Notes: generated by a model not told the origin, from the letters alone. A DNA stretch of 64,000 nt from Candidatus Saccharimonadales bacterium (GCA_038245195.1 JBBRSU010000001.1:128121-192120); one strand, 5' to 3'. Shown: positions 19,047 to 27,262, counted from the first letter of the stretch. Translations and numbers: made by a program.

Positions 19047-19149
19047 GGCGATTACCAATAGAATATGGATTAAGCCACCACCAATATGAAAGGCTACAAA
19101 ACCTAACAGCCACAGAACGAACAAAATTGCTGCGATAGTTAATAACATA
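18999..19149 (-). pseudogene. lmo0937-family (DUF5670-like) small membrane protein with an apparent 1-nt insertion after codon 3
   Basis: I translated the minus strand. An RBS ggagaataatt precedes ATG (19149-19147), followed by TTA TTA A. The +1 frame from 19139 then reads TIAAILFVLWLLGFVAFHIGGGLIHILLVIALVVFIYNMIVGRRSV*. Family members I recall look like MLWTIAVIL...GGxIHxLLVIA...GRR. Removing one A from the ttaaac run restores MLLTIAAIL. The gene is below the ORF-track size cutoff and overlaps the convergent PAP2 gene's 3' end. Confidence 0.45.
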
Positions 19150-19361
19150 ATTATTCTCCTTTAATTTACAAGTACCATTTAAGCCTAAACGGACATAAGC
19201 AGCTGTAAGAAACTTAACGGCCAGATGGTAAGAAATATTGCCTCACGAATTAGATTTGAGCTAATCTTCCTAGCTTTCAATTTCTTAAGGTGTTTATGAT
19301 TCGGTTGGCTACTATAAATCTTTAATAGTTCAGCCCGGCCAAATAAGTATTCCTGGTAATA

Positions 19362-19389
19362 AAGTAGGGCCCCTTTCGGAGCCCTACTT
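19362..19389 (-). terminator. GC-rich hairpin downstream of the GC-rich gene 19406-20347
   Basis: aagtagggcccctttcggagccctactt pairs as aagtagggc/gccctactt, plus an inner cc/gg pairing around a tttc loop. On the minus strand it is followed by TTTATT. Confidence 0.55.
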
Positions 19390-19405
19390 GTCATGCGTCG
19401 CGGTT

Positions 19406-20347
19406 TTATCCGCGGTCGATCAGCCCAGCAGCGGCAGAGGGATGGTTCGCAATGAACCGCTCCCAGCTGGCGCCGCGGGCACTCAGCCAGCCGGCGAACT
19501 CATCAGTACTTCGGAAAGTACGGCCGTCCCAGAGCAAGCCCTGGGCTTTGACCGTTCCCCTAGCCTGTGTGAGTCGATGGCTGTGAGAATTGTTGGGCGA
19601 TGTAGCTGTATTGCTTATGGCGATTGTTGCACTTGAGCACTGGTTATCGACGACGTTTGGGTCTGAAACCGTCGTTGTACCTACGCACGCTCGATTGGTT
19701 AGTGTGCCGGGCGAGTCAGCCCGAGCAACAATGGACACCATCACATGTTGTCCGGCACTCAGAGTGCTGAACGAACAGCTGATGGTTTGGTTGCCTACCC
19801 CTCCAACGACGGAACAGGCTCCCTGGGTAGTCGTGACCTGCTCGGCACTCAATAGCTCCATCTGCGGTGGCAGAGAATCATTGAGGCTCACATCGGTCGC
19901 ATTACACTCAGGACTCCCACTATTGAAGACATCCAGAGTGTAGTTGACCATCGAACCCAGACCGTAGCTGGAGGCTCCGGCGGTGTTGATGACGCCAATG
20001 TCTGCCGTCGGAGTCACTTCGCAGTAACTCGGCGGTCGAGCAGTTGGCGGTACTACAACCGGCGTCGTAGTAATCGTTGTAGCCGTCGGTGGTAGTTGGG
20101 CATCAGGGTCATTGTTGTCATCCGTGACACTTCCGGGGGTATCCGGAGGTGTCGGCGGGTCAGCGTTGGCCCCACTGTCGCAGGCATCACCGGAACAGAC
20201 GATGGTTGGATTGTCCGGGATGTCGCTACCGCAAACGGTTATTCCTTGGACCGTTATGCAACCCTTGCTGTTCGCCACAGCGTTGTCCGCCATGAACCCC
20301 AGGATACCAAGGGCACTTACTGTCACTAGAAGCAGAAACTTTTCCAT
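19406..20347 (-). CDS. secreted DUF11/CARDB-like repeat-domain protein (GC-rich, probably foreign)
   Basis: It has the signal peptide MEKFLLLVTVSALGILGFMADNAVA, a P/T-rich linker, then MVNYTLDVFNSGSPECNATDVSLNDSLPPQMELL...TISCSFSTLSAGQHVMVSIVARA. That last stretch fits the conserved-repeat (DUF11) pattern YTLxVxNxGxxxAxxVxLxDxLP. A hand count of line 20101-20160 gives 36/60 GC. Confidence 0.6.
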   Translation of the reverse strand: MEKFLLLVTVSALGILGFMADNAVANSKGCITVQGITVCGSDIPDNPTIVCSGDACDSGANADPPTPPDTPGSVTDDNNDPDAQLPPTATTITTTPVVVPPTARPPSYCEVTPTADIGVINTAGASSYGLGSMVNYTLDVFNSGSPECNATDVSLNDSLPPQMELLSAEQVTTTQGACSVVGGVGNQTISCSFSTLSAGQHVMVSIVARADSPGTLTNRACVGTTTVSDPNVVDNQCSSATIAISNTATSPNNSHSHRLTQARGTVKAQGLLWDGRTFRSTDEFAGWLSARGASWERFIANHPSAAAGLIDRG

Positions 20348-20355
20348 GACCGCCT

Positions 20356-21135
20356 CTAGATAATCGACGGGCTGTAGTCCCAGAAAATCACCGTGCCGGC
20401 GCTGTTTACCTTAACTAGCACCCACGGGTAAATCGTCTGGCTGTTGACTCCCGGAACGGGAGAAGTGACGGTCATAGGCAGCTTGATCTTAGCGAAAAAA
20501 CAGCCATGAGACCGCCAATGGCCGTGAACGGTGCATCCGTAGACCCCAGTCTTAAAGTACCTCGAGTCCGAGAGATCCGCCATGTTGTACTTAATGAAGG
20601 CTCTCTCATCGGTTACTGATGCGCTGGCTAGTGGCCGCGAGTCGAACGTCAAGTAGCCGTTGTGGTTCGTGCTCCAGTCCACCTTCAAGTGCAGGCGGTA
20701 GAGCGTGAAGCCACCGAGCGGGTAGTGCCCACGGTGCCAGACGTCGACTGACTCGTGGCCGGGTTCCGAGGCGTAGCCCATGTTCTGGTCTACAGCTTGG
20801 TTCCAGCTGACCCCGCCGCTGAAGCCTTCATCCTTGTTGGAATTGACGAACCCCGTAGAGATCGCCAAGAACCCAGCCAGGATTAGGACTAGTAGCTGGA
20901 CACGCCAGGCGTTTTTCCAACCGGTAAGGATCAGTCCCAGGGCTGCCAGAGTCAGAGCAACCAGGCCGAAGCCGAAGCTGCCCACCATGCCCGCCCAGTC
21001 CCCCACCTGCAAGAGCAGGTAGGTTCCCAGGGACATCGCGGCAATGATGGTGAGAACCGTAGCGATGGTCCACACCAAGATTGCAAGTGTTGCTTTAAGA
21101 ACAGATGGCATTTTGCTTCCCTTCGTCTTTGACAA
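20356..21135 (-). CDS. GC-rich polytopic membrane protein with C-terminal extracytoplasmic beta-rich domain, unknown function
   Basis: 259-aa ORF starting at TTG 21135. The more likely start is the ATG at 21111 (MPSVLK), which is preceded by GAAGGGAAG. It has four N-terminal TM segments. It lies 9 nt from the DUF11 gene on the same strand. Confidence 0.55.
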   Translation of the reverse strand: MSKTKGSKMPSVLKATLAILVWTIATVLTIIAAMSLGTYLLLQVGDWAGMVGSFGFGLVALTLAALGLILTGWKNAWRVQLLVLILAGFLAISTGFVNSNKDEGFSGGVSWNQAVDQNMGYASEPGHESVDVWHRGHYPLGGFTLYRLHLKVDWSTNHNGYLTFDSRPLASASVTDERAFIKYNMADLSDSRYFKTGVYGCTVHGHWRSHGCFFAKIKLPMTVTSPVPGVNSQTIYPWVLVKVNSAGTVIFWDYSPSII

Positions 21136-21300
21136 TAGGAAGCCGCAGATGCCGCAGACTACTACAAGTTACACGTAATTAGCATTTGAACTATCATCAC
21201 CTCTTTTCAAGGATCGACTTGCATGACAAGTTAAGCAAACTGTACTACTTTTATTTAATTATGTCAATAGTAGCTAAGAGGCTAATGCCTATGAATAATC

Positions 21301-21333
21301 AAAAAAAAGGCCAGGGACTCCCAAGCCTTTTTT
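21301..21333. terminator. bidirectional intrinsic terminator-like hairpin (A8 - stem-loop - T6)
   Basis: The sequence is aaaaaaaa ggccagggactcccaagcc tttttt. The stem is GGCx(x)GGG/CCC(x)xGCC, flanked by an A-run and a T-run. Confidence 0.5.
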
Positions 21334-21349
21334 ATATTGAAAACCTTAC

Positions 21350-21442
21350 CTACCAGAAGAATTGGTTATCTTCATTCAGAACATCGCGAATATGTCTTCG
21401 CTCTTTACGGTATTCAATAAATTTCTCTATTACGCCGGTCAT
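21350..21442 (-). CDS. candidate 30-aa small protein (MTGVIEKFIEYRKERRHIRDVLNEDNQFFW)
   Basis: From my own translation. AAGGGGA lies 4 nt upstream of the ATG (21442-21440). The TAG stop at 21352-21350 is followed by the hairpin/T-run at 21333-21301. It is below the ORF-track size cutoff. Confidence 0.25.
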   Translation of the reverse strand: MTGVIEKFIEYRKERRHIRDVLNEDNQFFW

Positions 21443-21737
21443 AAAATCCCCTTAAACTTACTCATCTAGATTAACTGGGTTAATTATTTAAATCCGTTAA
21501 GAATCTCACTAATAAGCCTTGCTCATCGGGATTCAAGAGCTAATAGGTGGTGGACTATAATATAAAACTTAAGCTAATAATAGAAAGCGGGTAATCATTG
21601 AAAAGTCCTAAATCTAACGGGCAGGCAACGCTTAGTAATATGTGCGGGGTACGTAGTAGGCTAAATTACCACTCGGCATCAACCTGCTTAAGTAGGCAAA
21701 TACCCAATAACTCCGATTAACAAGATTTTCAAACTTT

Positions 21738-22406
21738 CTATCTAGTTTTGGATTTTAGCCTGCAGTGCTTATGTGACATATAGATTCCAAAAACTATCAA
21801 CCAAATAGCCTGCGGATAAGCCGTTAATCTTTCCATACCGCCAACACCGAAGCCTAAATAAACGTTTAGAACAAAAAGTATCAAAGCAAACAAAGCTATG
21901 ATGCCCGAACCAATTGTATAAAAGCGGAGTTTTTGTGGCATATCGAGTGTTAAGCCTAACGCTATCAGAGCTAGATTGCCAAGTATAAAAGCCAAGGCCG
22001 CTCCAGTAATATGAAGCGGGCTAATGGTATTCTCTGGGAATAAACCGACAAGTAGTGTGCCGAAACCGGCCAGGCCCATAAAACTGAATCCGGCTAGGCT
22101 CAACCTGGTTTTAGGAAATTCTCGATATATCAGAGTCGACCCGGCCATCATGGAGATTCCAAGTATTATAAACGATGCATTCATCCAATTATGCAGTGGG
22201 GAGCAGACTAATCTTTGTCCGTAAGCTCCGCAAGCGGTATTCCCCAAATCGCTAATGGTATTGTGCAGTAAGCTAAAGGGGGTCGACCATCGACTTGCCG
22301 CCACAATTTGAATAATAAAATACTGGACACTAAGCATCCAAAACAGTGGCCCTACCAGGGGATAACGGTCGTTGAATGTCTCAATCATAGCAACCGGTGT
22401 TTTCAT
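21738..22406 (-). CDS. DUF998-family polytopic membrane protein
   Basis: 222 aa with 6 TM segments. The NTISDLGN motif follows TM1, as in DUF998 proteins. Confidence 0.55.
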   Translation of the reverse strand: MKTPVAMIETFNDRYPLVGPLFWMLSVQYFIIQIVAASRWSTPFSLLHNTISDLGNTACGAYGQRLVCSPLHNWMNASFIILGISMMAGSTLIYREFPKTRLSLAGFSFMGLAGFGTLLVGLFPENTISPLHITGAALAFILGNLALIALGLTLDMPQKLRFYTIGSGIIALFALILFVLNVYLGFGVGGMERLTAYPQAIWLIVFGIYMSHKHCRLKSKTR

Positions 22407-22439
22407 AATCTCAGACTACTCCATGTAACCATGTTTATT

Positions 22440-22691
22440 CTAACGATGGATACAACCAATCCAGCAACACGGCCGACGTTTGCTGGCCAGCAATTCAGTA
22501 ACTGTTCTCTCAACATGGTTTTTTCGGGTTTCGGGTTTTTTATTGCTAATCGTCCAGCAGATCCATTCATTACGGGCTAAAGGCGTCAGGTCTTCCCAGC
22601 GTTCTAGTGCAGACTCATCAGATAGCAGAGCATCGTATAAATCGGTAGGCACTTGGTGTACGATTCCACTAGAAATTTTTACTTTAACCAT
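22440..22691 (-). CDS. YdeI/OmpD-associated (OmdA) family protein
   Basis: LTPLARNEWICWTISNKKPETRKNHVERTVTELLASKRRPCCWIGCIHR matches the family C-terminal pattern (LARNExICW...ETR...RRPCCWxGCxHR). Confidence 0.6.
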   Translation of the reverse strand: MVKVKISSGIVHQVPTDLYDALLSDESALERWEDLTPLARNEWICWTISNKKPETRKNHVERTVTELLASKRRPCCWIGCIHR

Positions 22692-22770
22692 AGTCTAAAT
22701 ATAACAAACAAAGATTGAACTGCATCCTCTATCAGGCATAGTCCAAGCATTTAAATCATTGATTGGCGGT

Positions 22771-22779
22771 TGATACAAT
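22771..22779 (+). promoter_or_regulatory. extended -10 element TGaTACAAT, 6 nt upstream of ATG 22786 (leaderless-type arrangement)
   Basis: The sequence tgatacaat is followed by tatttt and then ATG. There is no Shine-Dalgarno sequence. Confidence 0.4.
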
Positions 22780-22785
22780 TATTTT

Positions 22786-23031
22786 ATGGCATTTAACCAC
22801 TATGCAAAGATAAGAGACATTCTTGCTCAACAGCCCAATGGTTGGATAATTAAACGGATTGATGAACCGACAAGTGCAAAAAATTTTAGAGGAGAGACAG
22901 TAAAGTTTACTCACTATTATCGAATTTACAGTAGCAAAGGTTTACCAATAAAATATTGTAAGTTTCAGCAGATTGAGCGTTTAGCCAGAATACTTGAAGT
23001 GCCGATCGAGGCCTTACCAATAGTCAATTAG
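22786..23031 (+). CDS. hypothetical small protein
   Basis: 81-aa ORF. No family recognised. Confidence 0.4.
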   Translation: MAFNHYAKIRDILAQQPNGWIIKRIDEPTSAKNFRGETVKFTHYYRIYSSKGLPIKYCKFQQIERLARILEVPIEALPIVN

Positions 23032-23073
23032 AGACTAAGAGTTGAAAATGATTACAAGACAAAATCTAGCACC

Positions 23074-23955
23074 ATGAAATATCACAATATATATATTATC
23101 TATAACCCAAATAGTACCGGTCCTAGCGATGATATGGCTAAGGAGCTTAAGACTCAGCTGCAAACGGCTTATCCCAAAGCAACCATAAAGCTGCTGGCGA
23201 CAAAGTATGCCGGGCATGCTGAAAAACTAGCTTACAAAACAGCTCTACAGTCAAACCAGCCACTTATTATCTCGGTCAGCGGGGACGGCGGATACAACGA
23301 GGTAATTAACGGTGCCATGACGGCAATAACCAAAGGAGCTGACCCGATTTGTACCGTCTTGCCGGCAGGAAACGCCAATGACCATAGCCGCACAGTCCAT
23401 GAGCACCCACTGGTTGAGCTTATAAAGCAGGCTAAAATTACTCCTATAGATTTACTTAAAGCGGAAGTGTCGGGAAGTTCTAAAAATTACACACGCTACG
23501 CTCACTCTTATATTGGCTTGGGTCTAACTCCGGTGGTAGCAGTCGAGCTTAATAAAACTAGCCTTAACACCCTAAAAGAATTGTGGATTGTCATAAGAAC
23601 TTTTTATAAATTTCGTCCATTCAAACTGCTTATAAATAATAAAGTCAGTAAGCTCGACAGCATTATCTTTGCAAACATTGGCCAGATGGCAAAGATTCTA
23701 ACCCTGACTAAAACAGCCAAGCTAAATGATGGACGTTTTGAAGTTATAACCTTGTACCACTCTCGGAAAATCAAATTAGTTAAGATTTTTTCAAAAGCCG
23801 TCTTTAGCGGACTAAAACCTAAAAAATATCAGTCTTTTGAGTTCACTGTGATTAAGAAACTTCCGGCACAGTTTGACGGAGAGATCATGTATATGAATGC
23901 CGGTTCCAAAGTTAAGGTTACGGCCGAGAAGAAGGTATTAAAATCTATAATTTAG
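23074..23955 (+). CDS. diacylglycerol-kinase-catalytic-domain lipid kinase (YegS/BmrU family)
   Basis: IYNPNSTG...LIISVSGDGGYNEVINGAM...LPAGNANDH are the DAGK_cat motifs. Confidence 0.75.
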   Translation: MKYHNIYIIYNPNSTGPSDDMAKELKTQLQTAYPKATIKLLATKYAGHAEKLAYKTALQSNQPLIISVSGDGGYNEVINGAMTAITKGADPICTVLPAGNANDHSRTVHEHPLVELIKQAKITPIDLLKAEVSGSSKNYTRYAHSYIGLGLTPVVAVELNKTSLNTLKELWIVIRTFYKFRPFKLLINNKVSKLDSIIFANIGQMAKILTLTKTAKLNDGRFEVITLYHSRKIKLVKIFSKAVFSGLKPKKYQSFEFTVIKKLPAQFDGEIMYMNAGSKVKVTAEKKVLKSII

Positions 23956-24063
23956 ATAACTCGGAACAAAAGGTAATAAAAAAGCCTTCGCCATTTTTTC
24001 AATGTGCTTATGTTTGGCTCTCTATAGTAATGGAAGTTAGAGCTGTTTGTTGGTTACAATAGT

Positions 24064-24444
24064 TTAATTTCTTCGGTCTCTCCGGCTCCCTATAAATGCT
24101 CCTAGAGCCGATAAAACAATTATCGGAGCTAATAAGGCCCCCATTTGAATTTCCTTGTTCGCAGTTGGGAGCACCTCGGCCTGGGGAGCCTTACTCGGGA
24201 CAGAGATTACATTGTGTGAACGCATCATGTCACTGACTGTACGAGATGTCGGTGTGCTTAAAATTACTCCACCAAGGGTTCCTGTGAGGAAACCCTCTGC
24301 CCAAAGTTTTTTGCCAGGTTCTTCATTATCGCCATCATCTTTATTGTCCCATCTTGAGTCATCATAACCACCATTATCTCCACCATTGTCGAACTGGACA
24401 TCAAGAGCTTCCCAATCTATGCATTCTTCAGAGATACTGCTCAT
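24064..24444 (-). CDS. hypothetical acidic protein with C-terminal TM anchor
   Basis: 126 aa. A D/G-rich N-terminus is followed by MGALLAPIIVLSALGAFIG and RRDRRN. Confidence 0.4.
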   Translation of the reverse strand: MSSISEECIDWEALDVQFDNGGDNGGYDDSRWDNKDDGDNEEPGKKLWAEGFLTGTLGGVILSTPTSRTVSDMMRSHNVISVPSKAPQAEVLPTANKEIQMGALLAPIIVLSALGAFIGSRRDRRN

Positions 24445-24606
24445 TACTTAAATAGTAATCTCGAGTTATTTGTGATGCAAGCATAAGGATGATTCTTAGC
24501 CTATCTAAAGTAAACACATGAATAATAAGTAAAAGTCATGGCCCCCCTGGTGGACGAACTTCGCAATTTTGAGTCTAATAAAAAACTAATCACGTAAAAT
24601 AATTAT

Positions 24607-25305
24607 ATGATTCGTAGGCCGACTATAAGCGTTATAATTCCTGCACAAAATGAGCAAGATTCTATAGCTAAGCTTATTGAGCACATCAAAGTTAGGGCCC
24701 AAACAAAGTCAGTTAAACAAATTATAGTGGCCGTCGATGGAACAGACTTTACTGCTGATAGGGCAAAAAAAGCCGGTGCAATCGTTGTTACCGGAGGTAG
24801 TTCTAGGGCGATAGCATTAAATCGCGGGCAGAGGTTAGCAACCGGCGACATACTTTACTTTTTACATGCCGATAGCTTGCCACCTATTGGATGGGACGCT
24901 CAAATAATTGATGCATATTGTACTGGCTACCATGCCGGTACTTTTCGTTTACGATTTAATAGTAATTATCCGCTACTCAGACTTTCGGCGTGGTTTACTA
25001 GATTTAACTGGAAATTTATTCGTTTTGGCGATCAAAGCCTTTTTGTAGGGCAGGATGTTTTCATAAAGGCCGGAAAGTTCAGTGAGAGCATGTTTATAAT
25101 GGAGGACCGTGAAATTATTAATCGAATTACACAGTTTTCTAAATTTGTCATTTTGCCACAGTATTTAATTACATCCGCACGTAAGTATCAGCACTACGGT
25201 TATTGGCGACTACAGGCGGTATATTTATTAATCAATATTATTTATTATTTGAGGTTTCCACAAGCGAAAATCGTTGCACTACAACGTAAGCTATTAGACT
25301 ACTGA
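24607..25305 (+). CDS. glycosyltransferase family 2
   Basis: ISVIIPAQNEQDSI, VAVDGTDFTA and ILYFLHADSLPP follow the GT2 (DxD/HAD) pattern. Confidence 0.75.
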   Translation: MIRRPTISVIIPAQNEQDSIAKLIEHIKVRAQTKSVKQIIVAVDGTDFTADRAKKAGAIVVTGGSSRAIALNRGQRLATGDILYFLHADSLPPIGWDAQIIDAYCTGYHAGTFRLRFNSNYPLLRLSAWFTRFNWKFIRFGDQSLFVGQDVFIKAGKFSESMFIMEDREIINRITQFSKFVILPQYLITSARKYQHYGYWRLQAVYLLINIIYYLRFPQAKIVALQRKLLDY

Positions 25306-25342
25306 AGGTCCTATTGGTGAGTAAGCCTGGGGATAAGAAAAA

Positions 25343-25370
25343 AGCACCAATCTTGCGATAGATGCTTTTT
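25343..25370 (+). terminator. putative intrinsic terminator after the GT2 gene
   Basis: agcaccaatc ttgc gatagatgct pairs at 8 of 10 positions and is followed by ttttt. Confidence 0.4.
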
Positions 25371-25373
25371 ATT

Positions 25374-25397
25374 TGGCTCCGGCGGCTGGATTCAAAC
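25374..25397 (-). repeat. tRNA 3'-end fragment (direct repeat of the tRNA-Asn 3' end; att-like)
   Basis: tggctccggcggctggattcaaac compared with tggctccggaggccggattcgaac at 27620-27643 gives 21/24 identity in the same orientation. No 5' acceptor partner exists upstream, so this is not a complete tRNA. Confidence 0.7.
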
Positions 25398-25477
25398 TAA
25401 TATGACCTTAAGCCTTCGAATCTAATGAATCGCTTTACTTTAGCTTAATCTGTCTGTCTTATCAAATTTAGATATAT

Positions 25478-25486
25478 TGCTAGAAT
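25478..25486 (+). promoter_or_regulatory. extended -10 element TGcTAGAAT, 6 nt upstream of ATG 25493 (leaderless-type)
   Basis: tgctagaat is followed by agattt and then ATG. No SD. Confidence 0.4.
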
Positions 25487-25492
25487 AGATTT

Positions 25493-25831
25493 ATGACTAC
25501 ACACCAACTTCAGGTAGCCACTCAGCCATTTAACTCAATCGTCGCCGGCATAAAAACTATTGAGTCTCGACTATTCGATGATAAACGTAAAACTATCAGA
25601 CTAGGCGATGAGATTATTTTTGCTAATCGAGAAGACCCAGCACAAACAGTATCAACACGAGTAATTGGTCTACTGAACTACCGAGACTTCCACAACCTTT
25701 TTAGTCATAATGACCCACTTAAGTTCGGTGGCGAGAGTGTTGAGTGGCTCGAGAACCAAATCAATGAGTTTTACAGTGTCGATGATCAAGTACAGTATGG
25801 GGTTGTCGGCATTGAGTTTGAACACATGTAG
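25493..25831 (+). CDS. ASCH (PUA-like) domain protein
   Basis: 112 aa. LQVATQPFNSIVAGIKTIESRLFDDKRKTIRLGDEIIF...YGVVGIEFE follows the ASCH beta-barrel pattern. Confidence 0.6.
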   Translation: MTTHQLQVATQPFNSIVAGIKTIESRLFDDKRKTIRLGDEIIFANREDPAQTVSTRVIGLLNYRDFHNLFSHNDPLKFGGESVEWLENQINEFYSVDDQVQYGVVGIEFEHM

Positions 25832-25918
25832 TTGTAAATACCTTAGTTTTATATTATAATAAGCATATCCTATCCACTGCTACGTACTAAAATCGTAGCA
25901 ATCACATGGAGGTGTACC

Positions 25919-27262
25919 TTGACCACATCATTGGTCAACGACAAGGTTATCGTCCGCCCTGCGGCAGCCGATGACTTCGAGTGGGTGGCCGATCTCATGG
26001 TGCGGGCTCTGAGCCCGTTCTACGGAGGTGACCACCGTGCGCACGCACAGAGGATCTTCGACACGCACATGGAAGGAGGCATCGATCACGTTGGTCACTT
26101 CTCGGCTGGACAGTACATGTTCATCGCGGAGCAGAGTGGCCAGCCGCTCGGCCTTATCCACGTCGTCGAGAAGAAGCAAGAGACGGTGAAGATCAGTCCA
26201 CTGATCGTCAGCCCCGACTACCGGGGCAAGCTGGGAATCGGAAGCGTGCTACTCAAGCACGCCGAAGACTTCGCCCACGAGCTTGGTGCTCGTCAGCTGT
26301 ACTGCACAGTCGCTTCACCTAACCAGAAGGCGCTGGACTTCTTCCTCCGGAAGGGGTTCCGCATCACTGGCACAGCGAAGGATCACTACAAGCAGGGCAT
26401 CAATGAGCACATGCTCTACAAGGAGCTGGGCGACGAGCCTGGCTACGACGCCCCCAACGTGTCGGTGATTCCGTTCAATGAGGAGAAGCACGGCAACGCC
26501 GCGCGACACCTCATCCTCTCGCAGATGAGTGACATCTTCCGCGGTGTAGACGACGACTGGGTTGACGCCCTGTTCGCCGGCTACAAGCGAAGGACAAGCT
26601 CTGATGTCAACAGCAAGTACAAGATCGTCTTCGTCGCCGAGAGCGGTGGCGAGGTTGTCGGCGTTGCTGGGGCCACCCCCAAGAAGGGTGAACCCATCAA
26701 GTTGATGCCACTCGTGGCTTCTTCTGAGGTGGCATTTGAAGCGCTCGTCATCGACCTCCAGGGGCTTCTGATGGACCACGGCCACAAGCTGTATGCCCAC
26801 CTGGTTCCGGAACCATGGCAGGTCGCATCTCTCCAGAGTCACGGCTGGTCGCTTGAAGGTGTGTTCCCGGGTGGGTACGCACCGAACAGCGTCGTTCAGC
26901 AGTGGGGCTTCAACTTCAACAAGGAAGGAACGACTGTGAGGAAGCTACGTATCAAGTACCCGTACTTCCGCGACATCATGTCCGGGAAGAAGTCGCTCGA
27001 GGTACGAGTTGGGTACGACAACATCAAGAAGTTTCGCGAGGGCGAGCTCCTGCAGCTCGAAACCAGCCGAACGTCGGGCGTCGTCCGGATCAAGTCGATC
27101 CGGATCTACGACAACTTCGCTGATATGCTGGCGATCGAGCCGTGGCGCGAGATTGTGCCGCAGGTCGACAGCCAGGAGGCGGCAGTGAAACTCCTGCGGG
27201 AGATCTACCCCGTCAACAAGGAGCGTCTCGGCGTACACGTCATCGAGGTCGAGAAGCAGTAG
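25919..27262 (+). CDS. GC-rich fusion protein: two GNAT acetyltransferase-like domains plus C-terminal ASCH domain
   Basis: The TTG start follows GGAGGTGTACC. GNAT region: IVSPDYRGKLGIGSVLLKHAEDFAHELGARQLYCTV...ALDFFLRKGFRITG. A second GNAT-like half spans ~190-330. The C-terminus LRIKYPYFRDIMSGKKSLEVRVGYDNIKKFREGELLQL...LGVHVIEVE is ASCH-like. Line 26401-26460 is 37/60 GC by hand count. Confidence 0.65.
   Translation: MTTSLVNDKVIVRPAAADDFEWVADLMVRALSPFYGGDHRAHAQRIFDTHMEGGIDHVGHFSAGQYMFIAEQSGQPLGLIHVVEKKQETVKISPLIVSPDYRGKLGIGSVLLKHAEDFAHELGARQLYCTVASPNQKALDFFLRKGFRITGTAKDHYKQGINEHMLYKELGDEPGYDAPNVSVIPFNEEKHGNAARHLILSQMSDIFRGVDDDWVDALFAGYKRRTSSDVNSKYKIVFVAESGGEVVGVAGATPKKGEPIKLMPLVASSEVAFEALVIDLQGLLMDHGHKLYAHLVPEPWQVASLQSHGWSLEGVFPGGYAPNSVVQQWGFNFNKEGTTVRKLRIKYPYFRDIMSGKKSLEVRVGYDNIKKFREGELLQLETSRTSGVVRIKSIRIYDNFADMLAIEPWREIVPQVDSQEAAVKLLREIYPVNKERLGVHVIEVEKQ

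Noticed and set aside
19185-19394. 69-aa minus-strand ORF from the track
   Set aside because: Its 5' end runs through the GC-rich terminator hairpin (19362-19389) of the neighbouring gene. It has no RBS and its sequence is low-information. It is more likely non-coding.
21186-21455. 89-aa plus-strand ORF in the AT-rich gap
   Set aside because: It has no RBS. It spans the A8-hairpin-T6 terminator-like element and runs antisense to a better-supported micro-ORF with an RBS. It is probably spurious.
25374-25450. Possible second complete tRNA gene
   Set aside because: Only the T-loop and 3' acceptor part is present. The T-stem 5' half does not pair, and no matching 5' acceptor strand (TCCGGCG) exists upstream. 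It is treated as a tRNA 3' fragment or att-like repeat.
25928-27238. Many long ORFs on both strands inside 25919-27262 (e.g. 26315-26842 minus, 26945-27238 minus, 26902-27123 plus)
   Set aside because: These are shadow ORFs caused by stop-codon depletion in GC-rich DNA. Only the 447-aa plus-strand frame has an RBS, domain motifs and full-length continuity. The same reasoning rejects the shadow ORFs at 19388-21073, 38732-39824 and 34649-35425.
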